Part shown: positions 1 to 11,107 of the stretch, piece after piece
How the letters are laid out: each line of letters begins with the position of its first letter
How positions within the stretch are numbered: the first letter of the stretch is position 1
Assembly (NCBI GenBank): GCA_951406725.2
Contig: OX597820.1
Location: 60,202,001-60,266,000, forward strand
Length of the DNA: 64,000 bases
Direction: 5' to 3'
Source of the DNA: Octopus vulgaris
Taxonomy: Eukaryota
Made by a program: the position numbers and the translations under genes
Notes under the pieces: model-generated
The model's database searches: none
The model's input: only the letters and a program-made list of their open reading frames with translations
What the model was told of the DNA's origin: nothing

Positions 1-54
1 CTTCTTGAGGTGGGTCATTTTTTTTAAATATCATAATAGCAGAAACAGAAACAA

Positions 55-280
55 AAGGCGGTGAACTGGTAGAAACATTAGCACGCCGGGCGAAATGCTT
101 AGCGTTATCTCGTTTGCTGCTACGCTCTGAGTTCAAATTCTGCCGAGGTCGACTTTGCCTTTCATCCTTTCGGGGTCGATAAAATAAGTACCAGTTACGC
201 ACTGGGGTCGATATAATCTGTTTGTCTGTCCTTGTTTGTCCCCTCTATGTTTAACCCCTTGTGGGAAGTAAAGAAATAAG
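55..280 (+). mobile_element. tRNA-derived SINE, family A (Nin-domain-like centre)
   Basis: Head AAGGCGGTGAACTGGTAGAAAC, B-box-like GAGTTCAAATTC and centre GCCTTTCATCCTTTCGGGGTCGATAAA. The same sequence recurs at about 6832, 19432, 37330-37950 and 47014. Confidence 0.85.
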
Positions 281-329
281 AAACAAGAAACAGTAACTAT
301 GGAAGAAAAAAGAGGAGACAACTTTGACG

Positions 330-720
330 GCCTAAGCTCATGATATTGAATGGTTCAAATAGGTGGCCATTCAACCTGACCACCGAGTAGATGTCGCTGT
401 ACATTGAAAGACCAGGAAGCATCATGCAAGTGACTCAGCAAGGGCGACCTAAAGAAGAAGACCGAAAGCCTAATCATTGCTGCCCAGGATCAGGCTTTGA
501 ATACCAACTCAGTGAAAAGGGGTATATACTACACAAGTGCACCGAACCTCTTCAGAATGTGTAGAACGAGGGTCGAAAGCGTGACTCACATTGTTAGTGC
601 TGGTGAAAGTCTTGCACAGAAAGAGTACAAGCACAGACACGACAAGGTAGCCGAAAACCTTCACTGTACTAAAGATAAAGTAGGCATTGATTACGATAAG
701 AGTTGATCGTGACATAGAAA
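330..720 (+). mobile_element. Fragment of an RLE-type non-LTR retrotransposon (R4/Dong-like), post-RT zinc-knuckle region
   Basis: Translation TESLIIAAQDQALNTN...RMCRTRVESVTHIVSAGESLAQKEYKHRHDKVA shows a degenerate CCHC knuckle followed by the RHD motif. Confidence 0.7.
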
Positions 721-1129
721 TGGCCATCTGAAAGTCTGTACTAAAGCTCTGATATGCAACCCACAGGAGAGGCTCTCCGAACTAACTACATTAAACATCA
801 TGAATGTCCGTAGATTTCCCGATTTTTGTAGTGATAAAACCAAAAAGCTCTCGTAAATCAGAAGCTTAGTAAAATTCGGCGGTTTCACATTTCTTTGCCT
901 CTCACTCTAAGAAAATCAACGACTGAGTAAACGCAGTTAAAGACACGTTATTTGATTCATGTCCAAAGCAAACCAGAGACGCGTGTAGTTTCGGATAAAC
1001 TTACATCTCAATTTTCATTCAAGACCAATTCGTTCCTGTCTCTAGAGTAAGCCCTTAATGACTTTTGAATTTAGACACTATGAAAATCGATCTTTATATC
1101 CTATATCTCTACCAGTGAGTATCTGAAAA

Positions 1130-1490
1130 TTCATTTCCCAACCACAAGATCCCGGATTCAGTCCTACTGCGTGGCACCTTGGGTAAGTGTCTTCTATGGC
1201 CTCGAACCAACCAAACCCCTGAGAGTGGATTTGGTAGATGGAAACTGGAAGAAGTTCGTCGTATATAAGTATATCTATATATGTTTAGATGTGTGTCTTT
1301 GCGTCTGTGTTTGTCACCCCACCAAGTGCAGGTGTGTTTACGTCCCCGTAAATTAGCGGTTCGACAAAAGCGACTGATAAAACAAGTACGAGCCTCTAAA
1401 ATTTAAGTACAGTCAATATATTTGACTGAAAATTCTTTAAGGTGGTGCTCCAGCATGGCCACAGTTTAATGACTGAAACAAATGATAGAA
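1130..1490 (+). mobile_element. tRNA-derived SINE, family B (CORE-like ACCTTGGGCAAGT), diverged copy
   Basis: Aligns by eye with the copies at 23216, 35844 and 50119. A further minus-strand fragment lies at about 1625-1900. Confidence 0.75.
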
Positions 1491-2360
1491 GTGAAATATA
1501 CGTGCAGCCTTATACTATGAAACGATCGCGGGTTTCGTTCCTCTTTTATAATACGCGCATCCCGGTCTAATCCATAATAATCTTACACCACAACCAGGCT
1601 AAAACCCTGGAGATAGTATTTTACGTTTTACTTGTTTTAGTCACTGAACTGTGGCCATGCTGAAAGATGCAGTCAAACCAATCGACGCCATTACATTTTT
1701 TAAAAGTCTGGTACTTACTGTCTCTGTCTCTTTTGCCAAACTATGTTATGTGGATATATACAAGCCAACACCAGTTGTCAAAAGGAGCTGAAAGACAAAT
1801 ATAACACAAACATAAAGACACACACGAGCGTACCACGCAATGGAACCGAACCGAAAACCATATTGTTGGGAAACAAAGCTTTTCAAACTACACAGTTATG
1901 TCTGTATACTTTATTCATTCACAGGCATAGACAGGACGAGCAGACGACACTACTATTTGGAATATTGCATATAAACACAGCTGTCTTGTTGAAGAAATAT
2001 ACGGAAGTTATTTCGAGAGAGAAATTTTAAAAAATGTTTTTAAAAGGAAACTACGTGAATTGCATCTTAAAAAGAATGAAGGTTTAACTACAGCTGCAGG
2101 GTGGAGCAACAATGCACAGATTGCAACTAAGTTTGAAATAGCATAGAACACTTGGAGATAAAAAATGCGCAGATGTTTTTTTTAAGCACCGTCACACAAA
2201 TGTGCCAGTCGTGACGAAAGTTGTAAATGACCAAATTTTGTAAATAAAATTAGCGAATAATAAATCATAAAGAAGGATGTCGTGAGCAAGAAGTTCGCTT
2301 TGCAGCCACGTGGTTTCGGGTTCAATCCAACCGCATGGCACCTTGGGCTACTGTCTTCTA

Positions 2361-3508
2361 CTATATATACTTATTGCAGCAGTTCTTCAGTTTTTCTAAG
2401 CCCTGTGAAAAGAACTTCGAAAGTTGGGTATCCAACCAGGCTTCTGTTGCAGCAATCACTTCCGAATCGGAGTGAAATTTCGTTCCCTTGGGATGTTTCT
2501 TCAGTTGTGGAAATAGGTGATATTCGGAGGGACTAAGTCTGGAGAGTATGGTGGGTGGTCGACCAATTCGAAGCTTAAAGTCGCGTATTTTACGTAGAGT
2601 TTCATGTGCATTTTCCTCCAAAAATATGACACCACGGTTCAGCTTTCCATGGCGTTTCTGCTTCAAAGTTTCACGCAGTTCTTTCAACAGAGACATGTAG
2701 TATTCTGCTTTGATGGTATACTTTGACAGGTATTTTGTCCCAAAACTCTGAAGCCAGAATCTTTCCAGCTCACTTCTGGATTCAAAAATTTTTGAGACGC
2801 AGTGAACCTCTGTGACACAGCTCCATCGATTGAGGCTTACTCTGGGGATCATAACAAGGGATTCAAGTCGCATCCATGGTGACTGAGCGAGCCATGAAAT
2901 CAGCCTCTCCCGCGGCAAACCGTTCTAAAATCGCTTTTTATGTCGTCACTCTGATGCGCTTCTGATCTGCGATCAGACATTTCGGCACCCATTTTGCGGA
3001 AAGCTTTCTCGTGTCCAGAATGTCGAGTATGATGTAGCCAGCTCTTTGGCGAGAAATCCTCAGAGTCTTAGCTATGCCTTTAGCTAAAATCCGGTGGACC
3101 TCGAGAATCATGACGTGCACTGCGTCGGCTTTATCCTCTGTGGTTGCGAAAGTTGGCCGTCTTGATCGAGGTTCACCAGTGACTTCGAAATGACCAGTCC
3201 AAAACCTTAACACCCAGATATTCACTATGGAGTAAGATGAGCAGCCATCTTTCAAGATTTCCTTCATCTCACCATGGAATTCCGCCGCTCCTTTGCCTTG
3301 CTTCAATTTTATCGCTCGCGATTCAATTTTACAAAAATCAACTGCAGGAGCTGCCATCATGCATTAAATCTGCAAAAAGGAGAAATATATATTGTATACC
3401 ATCATGATTTTTGAATATTTTCTAAGTAGTTGTCCTGCCTCACCCTTGTAAAGGTAACATCTCTATCTTTTCGCGATATTCTTAAAGCCTTGAACTTTTC
3501 TGCACCAT

Positions 3509-3511
<3 letters not shown>
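2361..3511 (-). mobile_element. Mariner (DD34D) transposon, disrupted transposase, 3' end lost
   Basis: ORFs 3360-2938 (HTH region, KLSAKWVPK) and 2918-2361 (FLEENA, RLSPSEYHLFPQLKK). One TIR-like end CGAATGGTGCAGAAAAGTTCAAGGC is flanked by TA at 3512-3513. The other end abuts a SINE head. Confidence 0.9.

Positions 3512-3512
<1 letters not shown>

Positions 3513-3587
<75 letters not shown>
3513..3587. repeat. (CA)n microsatellite
   Basis: Direct reading. Confidence 0.98.
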
Positions 3588-3588
<1 letters not shown>

Positions 3589-3652
3589 CGTCAGTAGCTC
3601 ATATATCCGACAAAGAAATACACTCTAATGCAATAGAGCAGTAATATATGTC

Positions 3653-3816
3653 AAAATTTATGACCGCTCATATAGTTGCCATTGGTTTCGCACCTATAAA
3701 GAATTTAAACCTGAGCTTATGTGCCTTCAGCCATTTCAGTCTGACGTGTCGCCTATACTGGTGATCACTTTATAGGGGCGACACCAATGATCACTCTATG
3801 AGCGACCATAACTTTT
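3653..3816. mobile_element. Short MITE-like inverted repeat
   Basis: Imperfect arms of about 49 bp at 3653-3701 and 3768-3816. Confidence 0.6.
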
Positions 3817-3825
3817 AACTTCCTA

Positions 3826-3859
<34 letters not shown>

Positions 3860-3880
3860 GTATGTATATATAATTATTAC

Positions 3881-4287
3881 AAAAATGGAGATAAGATTAA
3901 TAAAAATTTATCAATACATTGATAACACCTACTATTGTTTCGATTCATCGCTTATAGTATAAAATCAATCAAATTTAATTTAATTTAATCAATTTGGTTA
4001 ATCATAATAAGCCAGAATATCATCAGGAAAGAACGTACAAAGAAATTTATATATATCGTATTGAAACATAACGAAAACATTAAAAAATGAAACAGGAAAA
4101 ATACAGTATATCATTAAAATTAATACATAATATAAAAATATAAAAATAGTTATTGTCATAAATTAACATAAATAACAATAATGTTAATGCAGACATTTGA
4201 TTGATTTTATACAATAAGCAATGAAATGAAACAATTGTAGGTTTTGTCAATGTAGTAATAAGTTTTTATTAATCTCATCCCCATCTT
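3881..4287. mobile_element. Inverted remnants of a Penelope-like pseudo-LTR with a decayed hammerhead
   Basis: 3881-3975 is the diverged reverse complement of 4195-4287. The minus strand reads CTGATGA-long stem-GAAA CAATAG TA and the plus arm reads GAAA CAATTG TA. The unit sits between (TA)n tracts. Confidence 0.65.
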
Positions 4288-4402
4288 CTCTCTTGGTTTT
4301 TATCATAATAATATTTATGTGTGTGCCTATATTATAAGGTAGTCAACCAATCTAATCTTGGATATTTCTATCCCTCTGAGGTTTATATATCCTCACTTGT
4401 AC

Positions 4403-4405
<3 letters not shown>

Positions 4406-4482
<77 letters not shown>

Positions 4483-4499
4483 TATATACATAATATATA

Positions 4500-4584
<85 letters not shown>

Positions 4585-4593
4585 CATATATAT

Positions 4594-4660
<67 letters not shown>

Positions 4661-4680
4661 TATATATATATATATATACA
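4406..4680. repeat. Long interrupted (TA)n microsatellite
   Basis: Direct reading; it produces the spurious poly-YI ORFs. Confidence 0.98.
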
Positions 4681-4909
4681 TACATTCATACATACATGGT
4701 GGCTGTCCCCTCGTTATCGAGTATGGCCATTGCACGAAGCTTAATCAATGTTGTTATCGTGCAATGCTTGTACAAGAAGATTTTTTTAAAGTGAGGAAAG
4801 GCTGTGCACTGAGTCAATCTCACTCACTAAGCAACAGCAGCCATAATCCGAAAAGAAGAACAAGTCAACATCATCGCTAACCACTGAGCCGCGGGTTTTA
4901 TGTCGAAGT

Positions 4910-5244
4910 TATCCAGTTACCTGAGTTACCTTCTCCTAGAAGGATGCCCTAACAAAGGCTAGGAGTCCTTCACTCCCAATGGTTTAACCGCGCGATCGGG
5001 TATTCAGTCCGATTATTTTTATGTCCCCGCGCATGATACAGCATTAAGACATTTATTGGATGGCCGTTGACTCTCAAGACTTCCTCCGCCCTTTGATGGG
5101 TTTTGTTTTTCATCCCGCAGGGTGGCCAATAAACACCCTCCTCACCGAGCAAGCTTGGTGGGGTTGCCAGTTTAGTCGCCGACGACCCGACCATGCAACA
5201 GGTTGTACTGGGTTACATGTTACCAGTAGCACTCGAAAGTAACC
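4910..5244 (-). mobile_element. Probable 5' UTR fragment of an RTE-like LINE
   Basis: GC-rich island. The minus strand carries CTAGCCTTTGTTAGGGCATCCTTCTAGGAGAAGGTAACTC, resembling the motif found upstream of RTE ORFs. Confidence 0.5.
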
Positions 5245-5484
5245 TGATATACATACATACATACATACATACATACATACATACATAATTAGGATAAAGT
5301 CGTTATTTAATGATTTGTCAGTGGCCAGCGTACTAACAAGACTGTAATGGTTAATTTATATTGAAGTATAATTATAGTATATAATTATAAGAGCGTTGGA
5401 ACGACTTCTAGTGGACGAGCGTTGTCGTTCCAACTCCCTTATTACAATTATGTTTTATAATTATACTTAAATATATTTATGTAA

Positions 5485-5538
<54 letters not shown>

Positions 5539-6253
5539 GCGTGTGTGTGCGTGTGTGTACGTGTCTATGAGAGCTGAATGTATATTTATTTAACCTGCTG
5601 ACTTCCATAGGGTTACAGCTGTTTCGCAACCTTCATGTATCATTAATTTCAGTATGGAAGAAATTATTATATGTACGTGTTTACATTGATATGTATAGCT
5701 AACTTTATACAATATAGAGTAAACATTGTATTACGGTGGTCTGATTAGCTTTCTTTATTTGCATTGATTTATGAATATATACTTTCATATATTGTATTGC
5801 ACCGTATTGTGAATAAACAATTCTATCGTTGTGATTGTTCTTCTATGACATGATTGGTTGTTGGCTGTGTGTAAATGGCGAGTAACACTCACGAACAATT
5901 TACAAAAGCTTTATTTACTTTACTGCACATAGTTTTTTGTCCTTTTGAGCTTTGGATGGAGAATAAAAACAACAATTTATACACAGTGTGAGACAAACTC
6001 TTGGATCCACGACAAAAGAATGGTGGATGGTACGTAAAGATCTGTGACCGAGGCCGCCACAACTGGAGAAATATCGTGCTAAATTCATGACGGCAAATTT
6101 GTACCTTCAAACAGTAAAATAAACAAACCAATACCGGTTGTCAAGCGGTTGAGGATGACAAACACAAAGACACATACACACATACATGTGTGTGCGCGTG
6201 CGTGTGTGTACGTGTGTGTGTATAAATAGATATAGATAGATAGAGGGAAACAA

Positions 6254-6254
<1 letters not shown>

Positions 6255-6323
<69 letters not shown>

Positions 6324-6346
6324 CTATCTGTCTTTCTGTCTGTTCG

Positions 6347-6431
<85 letters not shown>

Positions 6432-6432
6432 G
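6255..6432. repeat. (TATC)n microsatellite
   Basis: Direct reading. A compound (CA)/(TATC)/(TCTG)/(TTTC) tract also lies at 8014-8290. Confidence 0.97.
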
Positions 6433-6645
6433 CTGAAGTGTCACGCCGATGCACATTTAAGATTAAATTCAATAACGAATTTAATCTTACATATGCATCG
6501 ACGTAGCACGCCAGCAAATAGTTCTTAGTGCAGTGAAATTAAATTCTGTTAAAAGTTCACGAGTATACACTGCCTGAACTCAACTACCAGCAACTAATAT
6601 CCTTCATTCTATGTCTATCTTGGCAACAGATAACTACACTTATTG

Positions 6646-6679
<34 letters not shown>

Positions 6680-6831
6680 TCTCTCTCATACACACACACA
6701 CACACACACACACACATGAAGATCCCCTTCGGTTACGAATGACCATAGGATAGCACCTAGAAAGTTCCCGCCCCGAGGTACAAGTCTGAGCAAAGCTGTA
6801 TGTGGAAGAGCAGAAGTCACCCATACATACC

Positions 6832-7069
6832 TATTTCTTTACTACCCACAAGGGGCTAAACACAGAGGGGACAAACAAGGACAGACGCGCGGATTAAGTC
6901 GATTATATCGACCCCAGTGCGTAACTGGTACTTATTTAATCAACCCCGAAAGGATGAAAGGCAAAGTCGACCTCGGCGGAATTTGAACTCAGAACGTAAC
7001 GGCAGACGAAATACGGCTACGCATTTCGCCCGGCGTGCTAACGTTTCTGCCAGCTCGCCGCCTTTTGTG
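6832..7069 (-). mobile_element. Family A SINE nested in an older tRNA-derived SINE (about 6720-7285)
   Basis: 13-bp TSD ACCCATACATACC at 6819-6831 and 7070-7082. Confidence 0.9.
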
Positions 7070-8011
7070 ACCCATACATACCAGTCTTCCCTCTCCAGCC
7101 ACTGATGTCCACGGGAAAGGTAACAGCCGATGCAGCTTGGCACCAGTGACGTCGCAACCCATTACAACAGCTGAGTGCACAGGAGCAATGTGAAATAAAG
7201 CTCTTGCTCTAAAACACAACCCACAGCCCAGTCCGAGAATCGAACTCGCATTCTCATGATTGCAGGTCTGACGTTCTAACCACTGAGCTGTGTACCTTCA
7301 CCCCCGCCCCATGTAACAGGCTTCTTTTAGTCTCCGTCTACCAAATCCGCTCACAAGGCTTTGATCAGTCTAGTACAAGACTTTTACTCACTGCTCCGCG
7401 CAGTAGGATTGAACCACTGGCCCCCTGCCCTAAAATTTATTTCCTATTCAGTTGTTTAATTCTTGTGCCAAGAGTAGAAAAGTTATTTCAGATGGACTTG
7501 CCAGTAGCCTATAGTCATATTATGTTTATAATTAACAAAGCATATCAAGAAAGAATAAGTAAAAAAAAATTGAACTTCTGGACGAGTAATGGGAAGGAGG
7601 ATATAAAGAAAAGATCGTGCTATGCAAGCGCCTGCTTTCTTCTTCGTATTTCATTGGAGGAAAGAAGGATGATAACGATGAAGAAATCTTTGTTAGATCT
7701 TTCTAAGAAAAATAAGATTTCGTGTGTTTTGATTGTAATAGAAGATGGCGATAGCAATGATGACCTGTTGACTACAGATGATTAAAGAAATTTGTTTAAA
7801 AGCTCTCCTGACAACAGTGTTTTTGAAGGTTTTCACTAGTATTAACTGATTTTATCTCACATTTGAATATATTACAGTGTAGCTCGTAATATTTTCTTTT
7901 TTTTAAACAATCTTTTCATAAATAGTGGTTCATTGCTGACAGGAAGGATGGTAAGTGGTGGCAGGACCGGCCCTACAGTTGCTGACGCCCTGGGTAAACA
8001 GAGTTTTGGTG

Positions 8012-8104
<93 letters not shown>

Positions 8105-8289
8105 GTGTGTCTGTCTGTGTGTCTGTCTGCCTGTCTGTCTGTCTGTCTGTCTGTCCATCTATCTATCTTTCTTTCTTTCCTTCTTTCTTTCTTTCTTTCT
8201 TTCTTTCTTTTTTTTCTTTCTTTCTCTGTGTGTGTGTGTATGTGCATGTGTGTGCGTGTGTGTATGTGTGTGTGTGTGTATGTGTGTGC

Positions 8290-8470
8290 AACTTTGACCC
8301 TCCATAAATCCTAAATTTTATTTTAGAATTTATGGGAGTAAATGTCTTTGAAGACTCATTGTTGAATGCTCGAAATGAGTAGACAGCAGACAACTGATGA
8401 AGGGTCCTTTCTTTGTGTTTACTCGTCCTGTTTTCCAATTTTTCCTCGTTGTCTACGTATTTCATGTTAG
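8290..8470 (+). repeat. Dispersed repeat of unknown class, homologous to about 28430-28645 on the opposite strand
   Basis: Shared CAACTTTGACCCTCCATAAATCC...GCTCGAAATGAG...CAACTGATGAAGGG. Both copies are embedded in microsatellites, possibly a Penelope-like terminus. Confidence 0.6.
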
Positions 8471-8514
8471 TTGCACCATTGATGGCGTCCTGTACCCACA
8501 TGCATGTGTGTGTG

Positions 8515-8571
<57 letters not shown>

Positions 8572-10002
8572 TTTTTATCACATACATACATACATACATA
8601 CACGCCAGGTTTCTTTCAGTTTCCGTCTACGAAATCCACTCACAAAGTTTTGGTCTGCCCAAATTGCTCAAATTTCTACGCAGTGGGACTGAACTTTGAA
8701 CAACTTGGTTGGGAAGCTACGCTTGCACCTGTCCCCTTTTATTTCAAAGATCCCAAACACATAATATAGTGCTCCCAAGGACATGACCGTGACACTCTGG
8801 ACGATCGCCAGAGTTGTCGGTACACCGAGCCAGACTTGGGTGGCCGAGTCAGCTGATAATGCATGTACTGAGCCTGCACGCGGCACGCAAAGCAAAAGGT
8901 AACTCTAACCAACTTATTCATCGAATTCCAATAATAGGATGATAAAATAATGAAATTAAATGTCAATGAGATGCAGTTATAGAACATTTTATATCATTTT
9001 ATATGAAACGAGAGTATTTATGAACTTTCATTATATAACCAATACTCCACCTTTTTATTGTTTCAAAAGCCTACGCTGTTCAATGTTCTACATTAAACAT
9101 ATTCTGCATGTGGCTAGATTTTACTCAAAGAATACATGTTTGCTGCATCTCTGACAAGTATTCATGTTGCTTATTTCTCCATTCATAAACGTATAAGTGG
9201 AAATACTTATAAACTGATGTTAGGAACATATATTACTTAAGTTGTTCCATTTTGTGTAAAGTGCTTCAGATAAACATTTAAGAATTCAAATGACATCCAC
9301 ACTGTTCATGCATATTGAATTCCTTAAACAACAATTTTCCTACTTCAAAATCCTAAGTCTCCTTTATCATGAAATCAAAATTGTTTTCGTTTCTCTTTAA
9401 AAAGGTGATATGTATTCCAATCTGCCACAATGCAGCATGTTTGAACTCTCTGTTGTTTCGGACTAATTCTGCGTTATCTACGTCTGGCAGTAAATCTATT
9501 TATATCTGATCCTTTTGAATAAGAAACTGAAACCATCCTTCTGGGCATATCTCTAAGGATTCCAACACAACCGAGTCCATGACCCCACAGCAACTCACAT
9601 GTAGTTTACCAACAGCAATACGGGCAAATAACATTTGGAAAAATTCACTCACTACTAGAGATAGCTTTGTAAATAGCCTTGATTGTAAGTATTTCTGAGT
9701 ATGCATTTTAAATACATTTGGTGTCAGGGATGCAACAAGCACGTATTCTTTGAGTAAATTCTAACCACATGCAGGTAGAATATGTTTAATGTAAAATATT
9801 ACACAACGTAGCAAGCGCCCGGGAACGGGGGTACGGGTAGTGCGCTTGGGGTACAAAAATCAAAATTTGCATCCACTACTTACCTATCCAAGTCTTAGGA
9901 AAAATGTTTAAAAATTGATCTGTAAAAAGTTATATTTGTTCTCCAAACAAGAACAAAGAACTAAAATAAAAAAAAAAGAAACCTCCCAAAAATCCCTAAA
10001 AA

Positions 10003-10045
<43 letters not shown>

Positions 10046-10088
10046 CTTATATGTGTGTGTGTGTATGTATGTATATATATATATATAT

Positions 10089-11107
10089 ATATATATGAAA
10101 AAACAAGTAAAAAATAGAAAATGCTAAAATAATTTTATAGTGAACATTTCAGTACCGGTTTCGGTCATTTTGAGACCTTTTCAACTGTAACGATTAAATA
10201 ATTAAATTTAGAAAAATTAGAAGAAAAGTTTTTTTAAAACAATATTTCTATAGTAGTGTTCAGATTTAAGTGGCATTCTGCCTTTCTCTGACTCCCTTGT
10301 TTGCACTTGTGTGTTCGAGGTAGTTGTGAGTTCTTGGTAGGGTAGTAGAGGGAAGGCTGGTGAGGAAAGGGGGTGGGAGAATCTGGGAGTGCCCTGATGG
10401 TCGTATTTTGAATGGTCAGTGGCGGCTGGCAGTCTCAGTTCAATTCAGGAGAATATTTATATCGACAGGCTTGTTTATAGAATTAGCGTAGGTGTTATAC
10501 TAAAAAACATTAGTGACAAACTTAAGGGGTAGGGGGTGGAGAAGAAGAAGAAGAAGAAGAAGAAGAAGAAGAAGAAGAAGAAGAAGAAGGAGAAGGAGAA
10601 GATGATGGTGATGGTGGTGATGATTATGACGACGATGATGATGATAACGATGATGATGAAGAAGAAGAAGAAGAAGGAGGAGAAGGAGAAGATGGTGGTG
10701 ATGATGGTGGCGATGATGATGACGCCGATGATGATGATAACGATGATGATGAAGAAGAAGAAGAAGAAAAAAACAGAGAAGGGAGAATATGAATGGGTGT
10801 AAATATAGCTATGAAGGGGCTGATTAGTAATGGATTCTATGGAGTGTAGTATGTGTGTGTGTATATATATTTTTTTCTTTTATTCTAAAGTTGAGGTATA
10901 TTAATTGTTTGTCGTAGACCCGTTAAGAAGTGGCTTGTATTTTGTAATAAAGAGATTTTCTTTACTTATTCTTTGTCTCGAGGTTGTATCGTCCCTAAAT
11001 TGGTAGAGGGGGAAAATTCTGAAGTTTGGTGTTTTTTTGTTGGCGCAAGTATCTATGTGTTGGCTAAAAGCTATTTTTCTGTTTTGGGGAATTTTTATCT
11101 GGGATCT
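10089..11107 (-). repeat. 3' pseudo-LTR (end of GIY-YIG plus 3' UTR with GAA/GAT microsatellite)
   Basis: Reverse complement of 14384-15402. The visible differences are GAA unit counts and a 1-bp G-run indel. Confidence 0.95.
10147..10190 (-). ncRNA. Minimal type I hammerhead ribozyme (U3:A8 variant)
   Basis: UUACAG UUGAAAA GGUC-UCAAAAU-GACC GAAA CCGG UA CUGAAA: stem I CAG/CUG, stem II GGUC/GACC, palindromic stem III, GUA cleavage triplet. Confidence 0.8.

Noticed and set aside
4321-4794. ORFs rich in YI, CV, HT or LSIY repeats here and throughout the window
   Set aside because: They are translations of (TA)n, (TG)n, (CA)n and (TATC)n microsatellites.
8345-8410. Hammerhead built on GAAA...CTGATGA
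   Set aside because: No consistent stems could be formed in this copy or its homologue at 28.5 kb.
10536-10802. Poly-K/M ORF and its twin at 14689-14955
   Set aside because: GAA/GAT microsatellite in the pseudo-LTR, with a GTG start; duplicated only because the repeat is duplicated.
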